64,000 bases of DNA, from assembly GCA_016706685.1 (NCBI GenBank), contig JADJJE010000003.1, positions 321,780 to 385,779 of the forward strand. Direction: 5' to 3'. A program made the translations under genes and the position numbers. The number at the start of each line of letters is the position of its first letter. The first letter of the stretch is position 1. Under the pieces are notes generated by a model. That model was given only the letters and a program-made list of their open reading frames with translations. It did no database searches and was not told the DNA's origin. Below, in pieces: positions 47,805 through 56,473 of this stretch. Source of the DNA: Sandaracinaceae bacterium (GTDB taxonomy: Bacteria > Myxococcota_A > Polyangia > Polyangiales > Houyiibacteriaceae).

Positions 47805-48482
47805 ATGACCCGCAAACCCGAGCTCGAAGCGCCAACCGCCGACACCCCGCTGAACCAGCGCGAGGCCGCCAAGCTGGCCACGCAGCAAGCCGTGCTGGCG
47901 GCCGCGCGCGACAGCTTCGAGGAGCTGGGCTTCGAGCGCGCCAACCTGCGCGAGATCGCGGCGCGCGCGGACGTCTCGGCCGGCACGGTGCTGCACTACT
48001 ACGGAGACAAGCGCGGCCTCCTGCACGCCGCGCTCTTCGAGGAACTGGACGCGGCGCTCGACCACGCCATCGCCGCGGCACAGGCGGCTCCCACGCTGCT
48101 TCGGCAGCTGAACGCGCTCACCCGCGCGGTGTTCGCCTACTACAAGGCGCGCCCCAGCCTCTCACGCGTGGCGCTGCGCGAGTCGCTCTTCGCCGACCCA
48201 CCTTGGGCAGAGCGCTTTGCCGCGCAGACCACGCGCGTGAGCCAGGCCATCGCGCTGCTGGCCGGGGCCGCGCGCACCCGCGGAGAGCTGCCCGCCAGCA
48301 CGGACCCCACGCTGCTGTCGGTCACCTACCTGTCCATCTTCTACTTCGCCCTGATCGCCTGGGTGCAGCAGACCGTCGCCGACCCCGAGGCGCTGGTCGC
48401 GGTCCAGCTGCGCCACCTCATTCACCCTCCGGAGAACACACCCGATGAGCCCCAGCCTGTTCCGAGACGACGCCGCGCGTGA
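47805..48482 (+). CDS. TetR/AcrR family transcriptional regulator
   Basis: ATG at 47805. HTH region FEELGFERANLREIAARADVSAGTVLHYYGDKRGLL. Confidence 0.88.
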   Translation: MTRKPELEAPTADTPLNQREAAKLATQQAVLAAARDSFEELGFERANLREIAARADVSAGTVLHYYGDKRGLLHAALFEELDAALDHAIAAAQAAPTLLRQLNALTRAVFAYYKARPSLSRVALRESLFADPPWAERFAAQTTRVSQAIALLAGAARTRGELPASTDPTLLSVTYLSIFYFALIAWVQQTVADPEALVAVQLRHLIHPPENTPDEPQPVPRRRRA

Positions 48483-49323
48483 GCGCATGGAGGCCTGGTA
48501 CGAGCGCGTGCGCGAAGCCATCCCGACGCCGACCACCAGCCAGACGCTCACTACCAGCTTCGGCGCAACGCACGTGCTGAGCGCGGGCCCCGAAGACGGC
48601 CCGCCGCTGGTCGCGCTGCACGGCGCCATGGCCAACTCGGCGCTGCTGCTGCGCGAGCTGTGGCACCTGACCAAGGAGCTCCGCGTCCACGTGGTGGACG
48701 TGCTGGGCCAGTCCGTGAAGAGCGCGGACGCCGCGCTGCCGGTCAAGGGCGACGCCCACGGGCGCTGGGTGGGCGAGGTCATGGACCAGCTCGGGCTCGA
48801 GCACGCCAACGTGCTGGGCGTGAGCTGGGGAGGCTTCGCCACGCTGCGCTTTGCCGCGCTCGCGCCCGAGCGCATCGAGCGCATGGCGCTGCTGGTGCCG
48901 GCGGGTGTGGTGAACGGGAAGGTGCTCGAGGGCATCTTCAAGATGGGCATCCCCATGGCGCGCTTCCGGCGATCCCCCACCCAGGCCAACCGCGAGCGCT
49001 TCCTGGGGAACCTGCTCACCACCACGGACGACGACTGGAGCGACTACCTGAGCGACGCCTTCCAGAGCTACCGCATGAACATGAGCATTCCGCCGCTGGC
49101 GAAGCCCGCAGAGTTCGCGCCGCTGCGCGCGCCGGTCATGGTGATCGCGGCGGCGAACGACTACAGCTTCCCCGGAGACCGCCTGCTGGCGCGCGCCAAA
49201 GAGTTGTTCCCCACGCTCACGCACAGTGAGCTGCTGCCTGGCGCCAAGCACAGCCCACCCACCACGGACGAGTTCCGGGAGTGGCTGGCCGGCAGGCTCG
49301 GCGCGTTCTTCGCGGGCGCCTGA
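48445..49323 (+). CDS. Alpha/beta hydrolase
   Basis: 292 aa. LVALHG, nucleophile elbow GVSWGG and C-terminal GAKHSP. Overlaps the tetR 3' end by 38 nt. Confidence 0.82.
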   Translation: MSPSLFRDDAARERMEAWYERVREAIPTPTTSQTLTTSFGATHVLSAGPEDGPPLVALHGAMANSALLLRELWHLTKELRVHVVDVLGQSVKSADAALPVKGDAHGRWVGEVMDQLGLEHANVLGVSWGGFATLRFAALAPERIERMALLVPAGVVNGKVLEGIFKMGIPMARFRRSPTQANRERFLGNLLTTTDDDWSDYLSDAFQSYRMNMSIPPLAKPAEFAPLRAPVMVIAAANDYSFPGDRLLARAKELFPTLTHSELLPGAKHSPPTTDEFREWLAGRLGAFFAGA

Positions 49324-49350
49324 GCCTCATGGAGCGGGGGCGCTGCTCAG

Positions 49351-50172
49351 TCACCCGCGCGTGACGGGCAGGCCCAGGTGACGCGCCAAGTGATGGGCCA
49401 CGTGCGGGAACGGCGCGCTGAGCGGCTCCCGGAGGCTCAGGCGCTCACCCCCGTGCAGCGTCACCCCAACGGTGCCCACGTCCATCCCGGCGATGTCGAC
49501 GGTGCCCAAGAACACGCTCGCGATCGCCTCGCGTGGCACCTGCCGCTCGCGGCCGTTGCGCAGCGCCACCACGAGCCCGCTCGGGTGCAACGTGAGGCGC
49601 ACCAGCTCACGCCGCGCCGCGCGCAGCGGGAAGGCCACCAGCGCGAAGAGCAGGAACCCAACCAGCAGCGTGGCGCCCACCGCGCCAGCCACGTCGTCGT
49701 GGGTCACCGGGGCGGTCTGCGTCTCCAGCGAGTGAAGCGCGCCGCCCGCGAGCCCCAGCGTGATGCCCGCCGGGAACAGCAGCGAGAACCAGTCGGTCCA
49801 CGCGGGCAGCCGATAGCGACGGTGCCACGTGTGCTCCGACCAGGGGGAAGCCACCCACCCGGACGCGCGTGGAGCGGGCTGCGGCCTGCGCGCCATCACC
49901 CAGCACGCCACGGTCGCGAGCGCCCCCAAGAACCCGAGCACCAGCATGGGCGTGGCCGAGTCCCACGCAGCCGGCCCCTCGTAGGTCATGAACGACAGGC
50001 CCACGGCCAGCAGACCCAGCGCGGAGAGCAGCGCCATCAGCCCAGCGAGTATCAGCCAAGCGCCGCGCATGGAGCGCTGGAGCGGCGAGGGACCGTCGTC
50101 GGCGCGGGTGGGCCGCCCGGGCTGTGGCGTGCTCAAGAACTCGTCTCCACCGGGGGAGACTAGCTCACACAC
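49351..50172 (-). CDS. Hypothetical 4-TM membrane protein with C-terminal soluble domain
   Basis: The track ORF starts at GTG 50172. ATG 50070 (MRGAWLILAGLMALLSALGLL) is an equally plausible start. Confidence 0.5.
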   Translation of the reverse strand: MCELVSPGGDEFLSTPQPGRPTRADDGPSPLQRSMRGAWLILAGLMALLSALGLLAVGLSFMTYEGPAAWDSATPMLVLGFLGALATVACWVMARRPQPAPRASGWVASPWSEHTWHRRYRLPAWTDWFSLLFPAGITLGLAGGALHSLETQTAPVTHDDVAGAVGATLLVGFLLFALVAFPLRAARRELVRLTLHPSGLVVALRNGRERQVPREAIASVFLGTVDIAGMDVGTVGVTLHGGERLSLREPLSAPFPHVAHHLARHLGLPVTRG

Positions 50173-50248
50173 GCCTGGACACGCTGGTGAACCCGCAAGC
50201 CGTGTGCCTGCGGCAGCCGCGATGCGCGGGACGCGCTAGTCTGGCGCC

Positions 50249-50614
50249 GTGCAGCTGCTCACTCTGGCCCTAGGGGTCGTTGTCTTGGTCGCGGTCTTCG
50301 CGGTGCCCTGGTGGGTGCTCGGGAGGGCGCGTCGCGCGTCCTCGACGCCGCGCCCTCCGCTTCAGCGCTTGGCCCTCGGCCTTGCCGTGACTGGCGTGGT
50401 GATCACCACCGCAGCGCCCGTGGTCACCGTAGTCCTGCTCGTCGGCAGCTTCAGCGCCGTGGCGGACGCAGACTCGAGCGCCAAAGCGACGCAGCTTGCG
50501 CGCGGCATCTCGACCGCGATGAACTGCGGTGCGTTCGCCATGCTGGGGGGCTGCGTGATCGCGGTGCTAGCGGGGTCGATCCTGCTATGGCAGCGGCGCG
50601 CTACGCCCGGCTGA
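50249..50614 (+). CDS. Small hypothetical membrane protein (3 TM)
   Basis: GTG start. MQLLTLALGVVVLVAVFAVPWWVL.., 121 aa. Confidence 0.45.
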   Translation: MQLLTLALGVVVLVAVFAVPWWVLGRARRASSTPRPPLQRLALGLAVTGVVITTAAPVVTVVLLVGSFSAVADADSSAKATQLARGISTAMNCGAFAMLGGCVIAVLAGSILLWQRRATPG

Positions 50615-50655
50615 GTGAGCCGCTGCGCGCCGCAGGTCGCCAGCCCGTGAGCGGC

Positions 50656-51228
50656 TCAGAGGCCGTACTCGACGCTGACCGCCACGCGGTACTGCACCTC
50701 CACCAGCACCGGGTGGCGCAGCACGGGCGCCTCCACCACCAGGCTCAGCAGGTCGAGCTGCACCGTGGCGCGACGCAGCACGGGGTAGCGCAGGCTGGTG
50801 GGCCGGATGGCCAGGTAGAGACCCGTGGCGCCCCGATCATCCAGCACCTGATCCTGCAGGAGGATGGAGACCCCCACGGCGACGGACGCGCTGACCCGGC
50901 CGCGTGCGAAGAGCAGCTCGCTGCCCACCGCGAGGTTGAGCACCCCGGTGGTGTAGTCCACGTCCAGCTCGCTGACGATCCAGTGGTCGCGGTCCACCAG
51001 CCCGAACACGCCGTAGCGGCCCCAGCGGCGCCCGGCACGGACGCCGTAGCCGAAGCGCGGCAAGACGGTGGAGCGGTCCTGCAGGTCGCCGAAGAACGAG
51101 CCGTGCAGCTCGGCGCCCAGCCACACGTCGCGCCTCTCAGCGCCGCTCGGGTTGGGATCGGCCTGCGCGGCCGCGGAACACGGAGCCAACAGGACCAGCG
51201 CCGCCAGCGCGAGGGCGCGGCGCGTCAT
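50656..51228 (-). CDS. Secreted beta-rich hypothetical protein, paralog B (last gene of the ten-gene cluster)
   Basis: ATG at 51228 overlaps the upstream stop (ATGA). Signal peptide MTRRALALAALVLLAPCSAAAQA. The C-terminal region LYLAIRPTSLRYPVLRR..VEVQYRVAVSVEYGL parallels the protein at 52355..53002. Confidence 0.6.
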   Translation of the reverse strand: MTRRALALAALVLLAPCSAAAQADPNPSGAERRDVWLGAELHGSFFGDLQDRSTVLPRFGYGVRAGRRWGRYGVFGLVDRDHWIVSELDVDYTTGVLNLAVGSELLFARGRVSASVAVGVSILLQDQVLDDRGATGLYLAIRPTSLRYPVLRRATVQLDLLSLVVEAPVLRHPVLVEVQYRVAVSVEYGL

Positions 51229-52358
51229 ACGGCCTCCGAGAGCAAGCTGCGCCGAGCACGGCGGCGCATGACCCCCACGACTGCCACGACCACCAGCGGG
51301 ACGAGCGGCGCAGCAGGCACGTGCGAGCGCCGCGGCGCAGGCCCCACCGTGCACGACAGCACCGGCGTGGTGGGCGAGCGGCGCGCCAGCTCGAGCCAGG
51401 GCGAGTCGCAGTAGTCGTTGCTCTGTGTGCACGCGGTGTAGTCGCCGAGCGCCGCCGGGTCGGTGAGCGTGAGCCAGCGCGCAAGCACCTCGTCGAGCGC
51501 GGCGCGCGCAGGCGGGACGCCCTGCTCGGGCACGCGCAGAAAGGGCTCGAAGACCAGCAGCAGGTCGCTGCTGGCGTCCACCGCGGCCGCGTAGCGATCG
51601 CGGTTCTCGCCCTCGCCATCGGGGCCACAGCGGTCGGTGGCCTCCGAGTGCGCCATGCCGTCGCGCTCCTCGTCGTGGCGCCCTGCGAGCGGCGCCTCGA
51701 AGTTCATGACGTGCACCACGCCACGCATGTCGGCCGTGCGCAGCGAGTGCGCGAAGCTGTCCTGGAGCGTGTGCAGCGCGCGCCCCAGGTGGTAGGCCGG
51801 CCCCCACACCTCCACCTCGAACACGCCGTAGATGTCGAGGGTCACGTAGATCTCGTCCACCTCTGCCGCGCGGTCACCACCAGACAGCGTGGCCTCGTCC
51901 GCCACGTGCGTGAGGCTGGCCAGGATCTCGGCGCGACAGCCCCCGAGCGCGCTCGCGTTGCCCGCGTCGAAGTCGTCGGTGGCGGCGCGCAGGCAGTGCA
52001 GGTACTGCCCGCCAGGGTCGGCCTGCGCCGCACGCAGGGTCTGAGCGTTCGTGACGGAGTGGCCCTCGGTGTCGGGCGCCCGCGCCCCCATCACCACGCT
52101 GAAGAGGAAGAAGCGCGAGGCCCGGTCGAGCTCGCCGGCGTCACCCAGGTAGGCGTCGGCCACGCCCTCCCACTCTTCATCGGGGACGGCGCTGTCCGGA
52201 AAGCGCGGGAGCTGGTCCATGCTGCGCAGGAACGCGCTGGTGGCGATCTGCTCGTGGCAGCCCCGCGAGAACCCGGTGCGGATCTCGAACGCGCTGGCGT
52301 CGCCGGCCACCAGCGTGGCCAGCAGCCCGAGAGACAGCGCCCAGCCGCAGCGCCTCAT
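51225..52358 (-). CDS. Secreted hypothetical protein with His-rich motifs (possible Zn-dependent phospholipase C / S1-P1 nuclease-like fold) and a MYXO-CTERM-like tail
   Basis: ATG at 52358 (ATGA overlap). Signal peptide MRRCGWALSLGLLATLVAGDASA. CHEQIATSAFL, LHTLQDSFAHS and GMAHSEATD motifs. Tail SCTVGP..PLVPLVVVAVVGVMRRRARR. The fold assignment is speculative. Confidence 0.55.
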   Translation of the reverse strand: MRRCGWALSLGLLATLVAGDASAFEIRTGFSRGCHEQIATSAFLRSMDQLPRFPDSAVPDEEWEGVADAYLGDAGELDRASRFFLFSVVMGARAPDTEGHSVTNAQTLRAAQADPGGQYLHCLRAATDDFDAGNASALGGCRAEILASLTHVADEATLSGGDRAAEVDEIYVTLDIYGVFEVEVWGPAYHLGRALHTLQDSFAHSLRTADMRGVVHVMNFEAPLAGRHDEERDGMAHSEATDRCGPDGEGENRDRYAAAVDASSDLLLVFEPFLRVPEQGVPPARAALDEVLARWLTLTDPAALGDYTACTQSNDYCDSPWLELARRSPTTPVLSCTVGPAPRRSHVPAAPLVPLVVVAVVGVMRRRARRSLLSEAV

Positions 52359-53002
52359 GGCGCACCTCCCACGCCGAACTCGATGGCCAGGACGGTGCGG
52401 TACTCGATCTGCACGAGCGGGATGCGAGTGAGATCCGGCATGAGGAAGGTGAAGGTCAGCGGGTCGATCACCAGCATGCCTCCGCCCCGCAGCGGCACGC
52501 GCACGCCCGCCGGCCGGAAGTCGATGAACACCCCCACGGCGCCGGCGTTGTCCACCACGTTGTCGCGCAGCAGCACCGATGGGCCTGCGCTGAACGCGCC
52601 GCGCAGGTGGTCGTCGAAGTAGCGCACGTCGGCCCCGAGGCCCACGTTGAGCGCGCCCTGCAGCACCGAGTCGAAGGGGCGCCCCGCGTCTCCCTCGGCC
52701 ACGATGGGCGCGAACCAGAACGTGGTGTCGAGCTGCAGGAAGACACCCAGCTTCCGCGGCGATGCGCCCCGGAAACCGAGCTTGAGCTCCGCGCCGAAGG
52801 TCAGCCCCTGCCAGGAGCCGTCGATGACATCGCTCAGGAACGCGCTGTGCACCCCGCCGCTGAGCCACCACGGCGGCGTCGCCGGAGCGGACGGTTCCGC
52901 CGCGGACACCGGAGGCTCGTCCGCGTCGGCCAGGGCGACCGACGCGCCGAAGGTCGCCCACGCCAGGAGGGCATGAGCCACGACACGTCGGAGCCCCACC
53001 AC
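52355..53002 (-). CDS. Secreted beta-rich hypothetical protein, paralog A
   Basis: GTG at 53002, 2 nt after the upstream stop. Signal peptide ..ALLAWATFGASVALA. VFIDFRPAGVRVPLRGG..LVQIEYRTVLAIEFGV parallels the protein at 50656..51228. Confidence 0.6.
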   Translation of the reverse strand: MVGLRRVVAHALLAWATFGASVALADADEPPVSAAEPSAPATPPWWLSGGVHSAFLSDVIDGSWQGLTFGAELKLGFRGASPRKLGVFLQLDTTFWFAPIVAEGDAGRPFDSVLQGALNVGLGADVRYFDDHLRGAFSAGPSVLLRDNVVDNAGAVGVFIDFRPAGVRVPLRGGGMLVIDPLTFTFLMPDLTRIPLVQIEYRTVLAIEFGVGGAP

Positions 53003-53004
53003 GC

Positions 53005-54057
53005 TCAGCGCCGCAGCCGGAACCTGCGGCGGCGCACCAGCAGGCCGAGCGCCAGAAAGGCCATCAGCCCGAAGGGCGTCTGGCTGCTGCCGCGCACCGA
53101 GCAGCCGCAGCCGCCGTCGCCCTCGCTCCCGTTTCCGTCGATGAGCGTGACCGTGGCGCTGTCGCCGGCACCCACGTCGTAAGCCGACGCATCCGCCACG
53201 AGGCGCAGCACGATGACCTCGTCGATCTCGTCGAGGTCGTCGTCCACCGAGAGGATCTCGACCGTGGCCGAAGCGCTGCCGGCGGGGATGGTCACCTCTC
53301 CGGAGAGGGCCTCGTAGTCCGCGCCCGTGGCCGTCCCCACCACGGTGTAGACTACGTCGAGCGCGGCCGACGTGTCGCCGGTGCGCACCACCGTGATGGT
53401 GGCGGTGGTGTCTGGCCCGCGCTCGTAGAGCACTCCGTCGGTGACCTCGAAGCTCACGTTCGGCAGGTCCGGGACGCAGGGCAGGCGCAGCGTCCAGCCG
53501 CGCAGGACGCCCTGCTGGCCCTCGACGGCGTCACGCACCGTCAGGGTCCAGACACCGTTGCGGGCCTTGCCGTCGAACGCGGAGAGCGGGTTGAACGGGA
53601 GGAACTCGCCCGACATCGCCGGGATGGTGGTCTCGCACAGGTCGGTCGCCACCACACCGTCTTCGTCGTCGAACGTGACGCTGAGGTCGTCGTTCGGGCA
53701 GTTCAGGTCGATGGCGCCCACGCCGGGACGGTACATGAGCGTGACGGCTGTTCCGTCCGGGTGGGTGAGGAGCAGCTCGAGGTCGCCCACGTACGGGTGG
53801 AGGATGTCGACGTCGAGGTCCACGTCCACCACGGTGTCGCTCGGGTCGCAGGCGCCCGGCAGCACGATCAGGCTGCTGGTGGTGACGCCCGTCGTGGTGG
53901 GCACGCTGAAGCGGAACCACGCGTCGTTGATCGGCGTGGCGCAGTTGGTGCCGAGCGGGGCCTCGCACTCGTAGGTCTGCGCGCGCGTGAGCACGGGCAG
54001 CGAGAGCGGGAGGAGGAGCGCCGACCCGAGCGCGAGGTTCTTGAGGGCGCGATTCAT
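53005..54057 (-). CDS. Surface protein: proprotein-convertase P-domain + Calx-beta domain + MYXO-CTERM sorting tail (no protease domain)
   Basis: Signal peptide present. P-domain signature VDILHPYVGDLELLLTHPDGT...NGVWTLTVRD...GVLRGWTLRL. Calx-beta signature GADYEALSGEVTIPAGSASATVEILSVDDDLDEIDEV. Tail DGGCGCSVRG..FGLMAFLALGLLVRRRRFRLRR. Confidence 0.8.
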   Translation of the reverse strand: MNRALKNLALGSALLLPLSLPVLTRAQTYECEAPLGTNCATPINDAWFRFSVPTTTGVTTSSLIVLPGACDPSDTVVDVDLDVDILHPYVGDLELLLTHPDGTAVTLMYRPGVGAIDLNCPNDDLSVTFDDEDGVVATDLCETTIPAMSGEFLPFNPLSAFDGKARNGVWTLTVRDAVEGQQGVLRGWTLRLPCVPDLPNVSFEVTDGVLYERGPDTTATITVVRTGDTSAALDVVYTVVGTATGADYEALSGEVTIPAGSASATVEILSVDDDLDEIDEVIVLRLVADASAYDVGAGDSATVTLIDGNGSEGDGGCGCSVRGSSQTPFGLMAFLALGLLVRRRRFRLRR

Positions 54058-56423
54058 GGCTGACCTGCCAGCTGGAGGGGGAAACCTTGGGAGAAGACCG
54101 GGTCGGAGCTACCGGCCACGCGATGGACCGCGCCGATGAAGCCCATGTGGGCGCCGGGAACGGGCGAGGCCGGAGCATCGGCTTCGACGAAGTCGAGGTC
54201 GATCTCGAGCGAGCCGCTCGCATAGGGAGTCACGATGCCGCCCGCGCCTACGGGCACACGCCCCGCCACGAAGCCGGGGACGAAGCCGGCGACCGCGGTG
54301 CTGTTCTGCGAGACGTCGTAGGCCGTGAGCGAAGCCACCCCGCCGGCGAACGACCCCGGCACCGCGTTGCACGCGTAGGGAGTGGCCGTGCGATGCACGG
54401 GACGGAAGACGATCAGCTCCGTGGTGCCGGTGGCCGCGCTGTTGAGGAACGGCACGCGCCACTTGTTGGGCAGCGCTTCGCGGCGCGACGAGCCCGAGAT
54501 GGGCCAGCCGCCGAGCCAACCATAGAACGTCATGTCGCCCGCGCTGAGCAGTGGGCTGACCTCGTGCAGCGCGATCAGCGGGCCGCCGTAGGAGAAGTCA
54601 TCGTTGCGGTTGCGCACCTCGAAGGACCCCGAGAAGTTGTCGCGGTTCCCGAGGGCGCTAGACGCGATATCGTTCTCGGATACCGGGTGGTCGAGACACT
54701 GCGTCAGGTCGTCGATGACGATGTAGCCGCGAGCCACGCCGTCGCCCAGGGCGCGACCGCCGCAGCTGCCGCCCCACTCGTCCGTGGGCTGGCCCGTGTG
54801 GGCGGCGCGCAGGAAGGCGACGGCGTCCGCATCCAAGACCGGCGCGGGCAGGCTCCCGTAGCAACTGGCGAAGTTGATGTCCTGGGAGATGGGACCCTGC
54901 GGCGTGATGGTATCCTGTGGGTCCTGTCCGTCGCTCGCCGAGCGGCTGTCTAGGCCTCCCAAGAAGAGCATGCGCAGGTCGACCACCGCCATGTCGTAGC
55001 CCGTGAGGTACACGTTGAACGTCCGCGTGGGCACGCCACGGTCGGTGAAGAGCGTCACCAGCGCCAGCCCGGCGCTCGCCGTGTTGTTCACGATGGAGAA
55101 CTGGGTCTGGGCCTCGTTCTGCTCGTCGAGCGAGACCTCGAAGTACGGCAGGACGAGTGAGGCTGCCGCCCGTGGGTCCAGCATGGCGATGGGCCGCACG
55201 TTGCCCCCCATGAAGTAGTCCGACGTGGGCTGGGGGTTGCCGGCCACCGTGGGGTCGAAGCCGTCGTCGATGGGGGTGCCGAAGGACAGCGTGCCGTGCG
55301 TGGGCGCGCCGACCGCGTCCGGATAGCGCGCGCTCAGCACCACCGACTGCCCGAGGCCCATGGCGCTGGCCGGGTCGGCCGCAGCCGGGAAGTTGGTGTG
55401 CAGGGTGAACATGCCGCTGCGGTAGGGCATGGGCAGCCCGTTGGCGCCGCCCACCGGGTGGCGTCCCGCCGCGAAGACGAACGGCGTGGTCCCGCCCGTC
55501 CCGTACTGGGTGAAGGCCTCGGCCTCACTGAAGAAGTTGAGCGAGCCCTCCTCGAGGTCGAGCGCGCTCTGTGCCGCCGCGCTGCAGCCCACAGCCGCCG
55601 GGTCGGTCTCGGTGCGCTTGGTCTCGCGCCACACGATGACGTCCGAGCGCGTGGCGGCGGCCTCCACGCTCCACTGCGTAGGCAGCCGCTCACGAGCGTC
55701 CGCGCCGTTGTAGCCGACCAAGGCGCCATAGAACGTAGCCTCGTCCACGCGCGGGTCGGTGGTGCTGGCCTCGATGTGCACGGCCTGCTCGGCGTAGGCC
55801 GGACGGTCCGCGCCCTGCGTCATGACGAAGTGACCGAGCAACGTGTTCGCGGTGGCGAGCTGGGTGCCCCAGTAGGTGCCGCTGGTGACCTGCGTGGTGC
55901 TGCACGCCGTGACCGTGTCGACGGTGACGTAGCCGCGCGCGATCGCGTCGCCATGGTCGGCGCCCGGGCAGCCCAGGTTGGTGTTGGCCACGCTCGGAAT
56001 GTGCTGACCGGTGAGCGCCGCCGCGAGGTCGGCCGTGACGCTGGACCCCAGCGTGTTGAGCGGGAAGCTGCAACCCGGGACGCCCGCGCCCGCCGCGCTG
56101 GTGGGACGCTGCCCCATGAGCAGCGCGCGCATGCCGATGGTCTGCTGGGCGTGCGCGGTGAGGTAGAGGTCGAAGTCGTGGACGGGCACGCCACGGTCGG
56201 ACCACACCACCACGTGCGCGAGCTGCGGCGCGGACGACGTGTTCTCGATGGTGAGCAGCGTGTCGCGCGTGGTGCCCGCGGTGTCGGCTTCGAAGTAGGG
56301 GAAGAGGAGCGTGGCGGACGGAACGGGGTCCATCGCCCCGATCTCGGCGGAGGCGGTCGATGTCCACGCGCTGCCCAGAAGGGCCAGCGTGAGCACGAGA
56401 GGGTTGGGTCTCATGCCAGGCAA
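54054..56423 (-). CDS. Large secreted hypothetical protein made of two ~380-aa homologous modules
   Basis: Track start is TTG 56423; ATG 56414 (MRPNPLVLTLALLGSAWTSTASA) is the likely start. Module 1 is about 55209..56333 and module 2 about 54057..55184. Shared landmarks: L[LV][FL]PYFE, DRGVP..F[DN][LV]YLT, GD[AG][IV]ARGY[VI].[VI]D..T.C, [MT]FYG, LP..W, TPY.SG. Confidence 0.65.
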   Translation of the reverse strand: MPGMRPNPLVLTLALLGSAWTSTASAEIGAMDPVPSATLLFPYFEADTAGTTRDTLLTIENTSSAPQLAHVVVWSDRGVPVHDFDLYLTAHAQQTIGMRALLMGQRPTSAAGAGVPGCSFPLNTLGSSVTADLAAALTGQHIPSVANTNLGCPGADHGDAIARGYVTVDTVTACSTTQVTSGTYWGTQLATANTLLGHFVMTQGADRPAYAEQAVHIEASTTDPRVDEATFYGALVGYNGADARERLPTQWSVEAAATRSDVIVWRETKRTETDPAAVGCSAAAQSALDLEEGSLNFFSEAEAFTQYGTGGTTPFVFAAGRHPVGGANGLPMPYRSGMFTLHTNFPAAADPASAMGLGQSVVLSARYPDAVGAPTHGTLSFGTPIDDGFDPTVAGNPQPTSDYFMGGNVRPIAMLDPRAAASLVLPYFEVSLDEQNEAQTQFSIVNNTASAGLALVTLFTDRGVPTRTFNVYLTGYDMAVVDLRMLFLGGLDSRSASDGQDPQDTITPQGPISQDINFASCYGSLPAPVLDADAVAFLRAAHTGQPTDEWGGSCGGRALGDGVARGYIVIDDLTQCLDHPVSENDIASSALGNRDNFSGSFEVRNRNDDFSYGGPLIALHEVSPLLSAGDMTFYGWLGGWPISGSSRREALPNKWRVPFLNSAATGTTELIVFRPVHRTATPYACNAVPGSFAGGVASLTAYDVSQNSTAVAGFVPGFVAGRVPVGAGGIVTPYASGSLEIDLDFVEADAPASPVPGAHMGFIGAVHRVAGSSDPVFSQGFPLQLAGQP

Positions 56424-56473
56424 CGTACGCCCATTCAGCGGTCATGGCCCGGCGAAAAAACGTGTGATCCCGG

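Noticed and set aside
50617-50657. Hairpin GAGCCGCT...AGCGGCTC at the convergent junction as a bidirectional terminator
   Set aside because: The loop is large (25 nt) and there is no U-tract on either strand, so it is not convincing as an intrinsic terminator.
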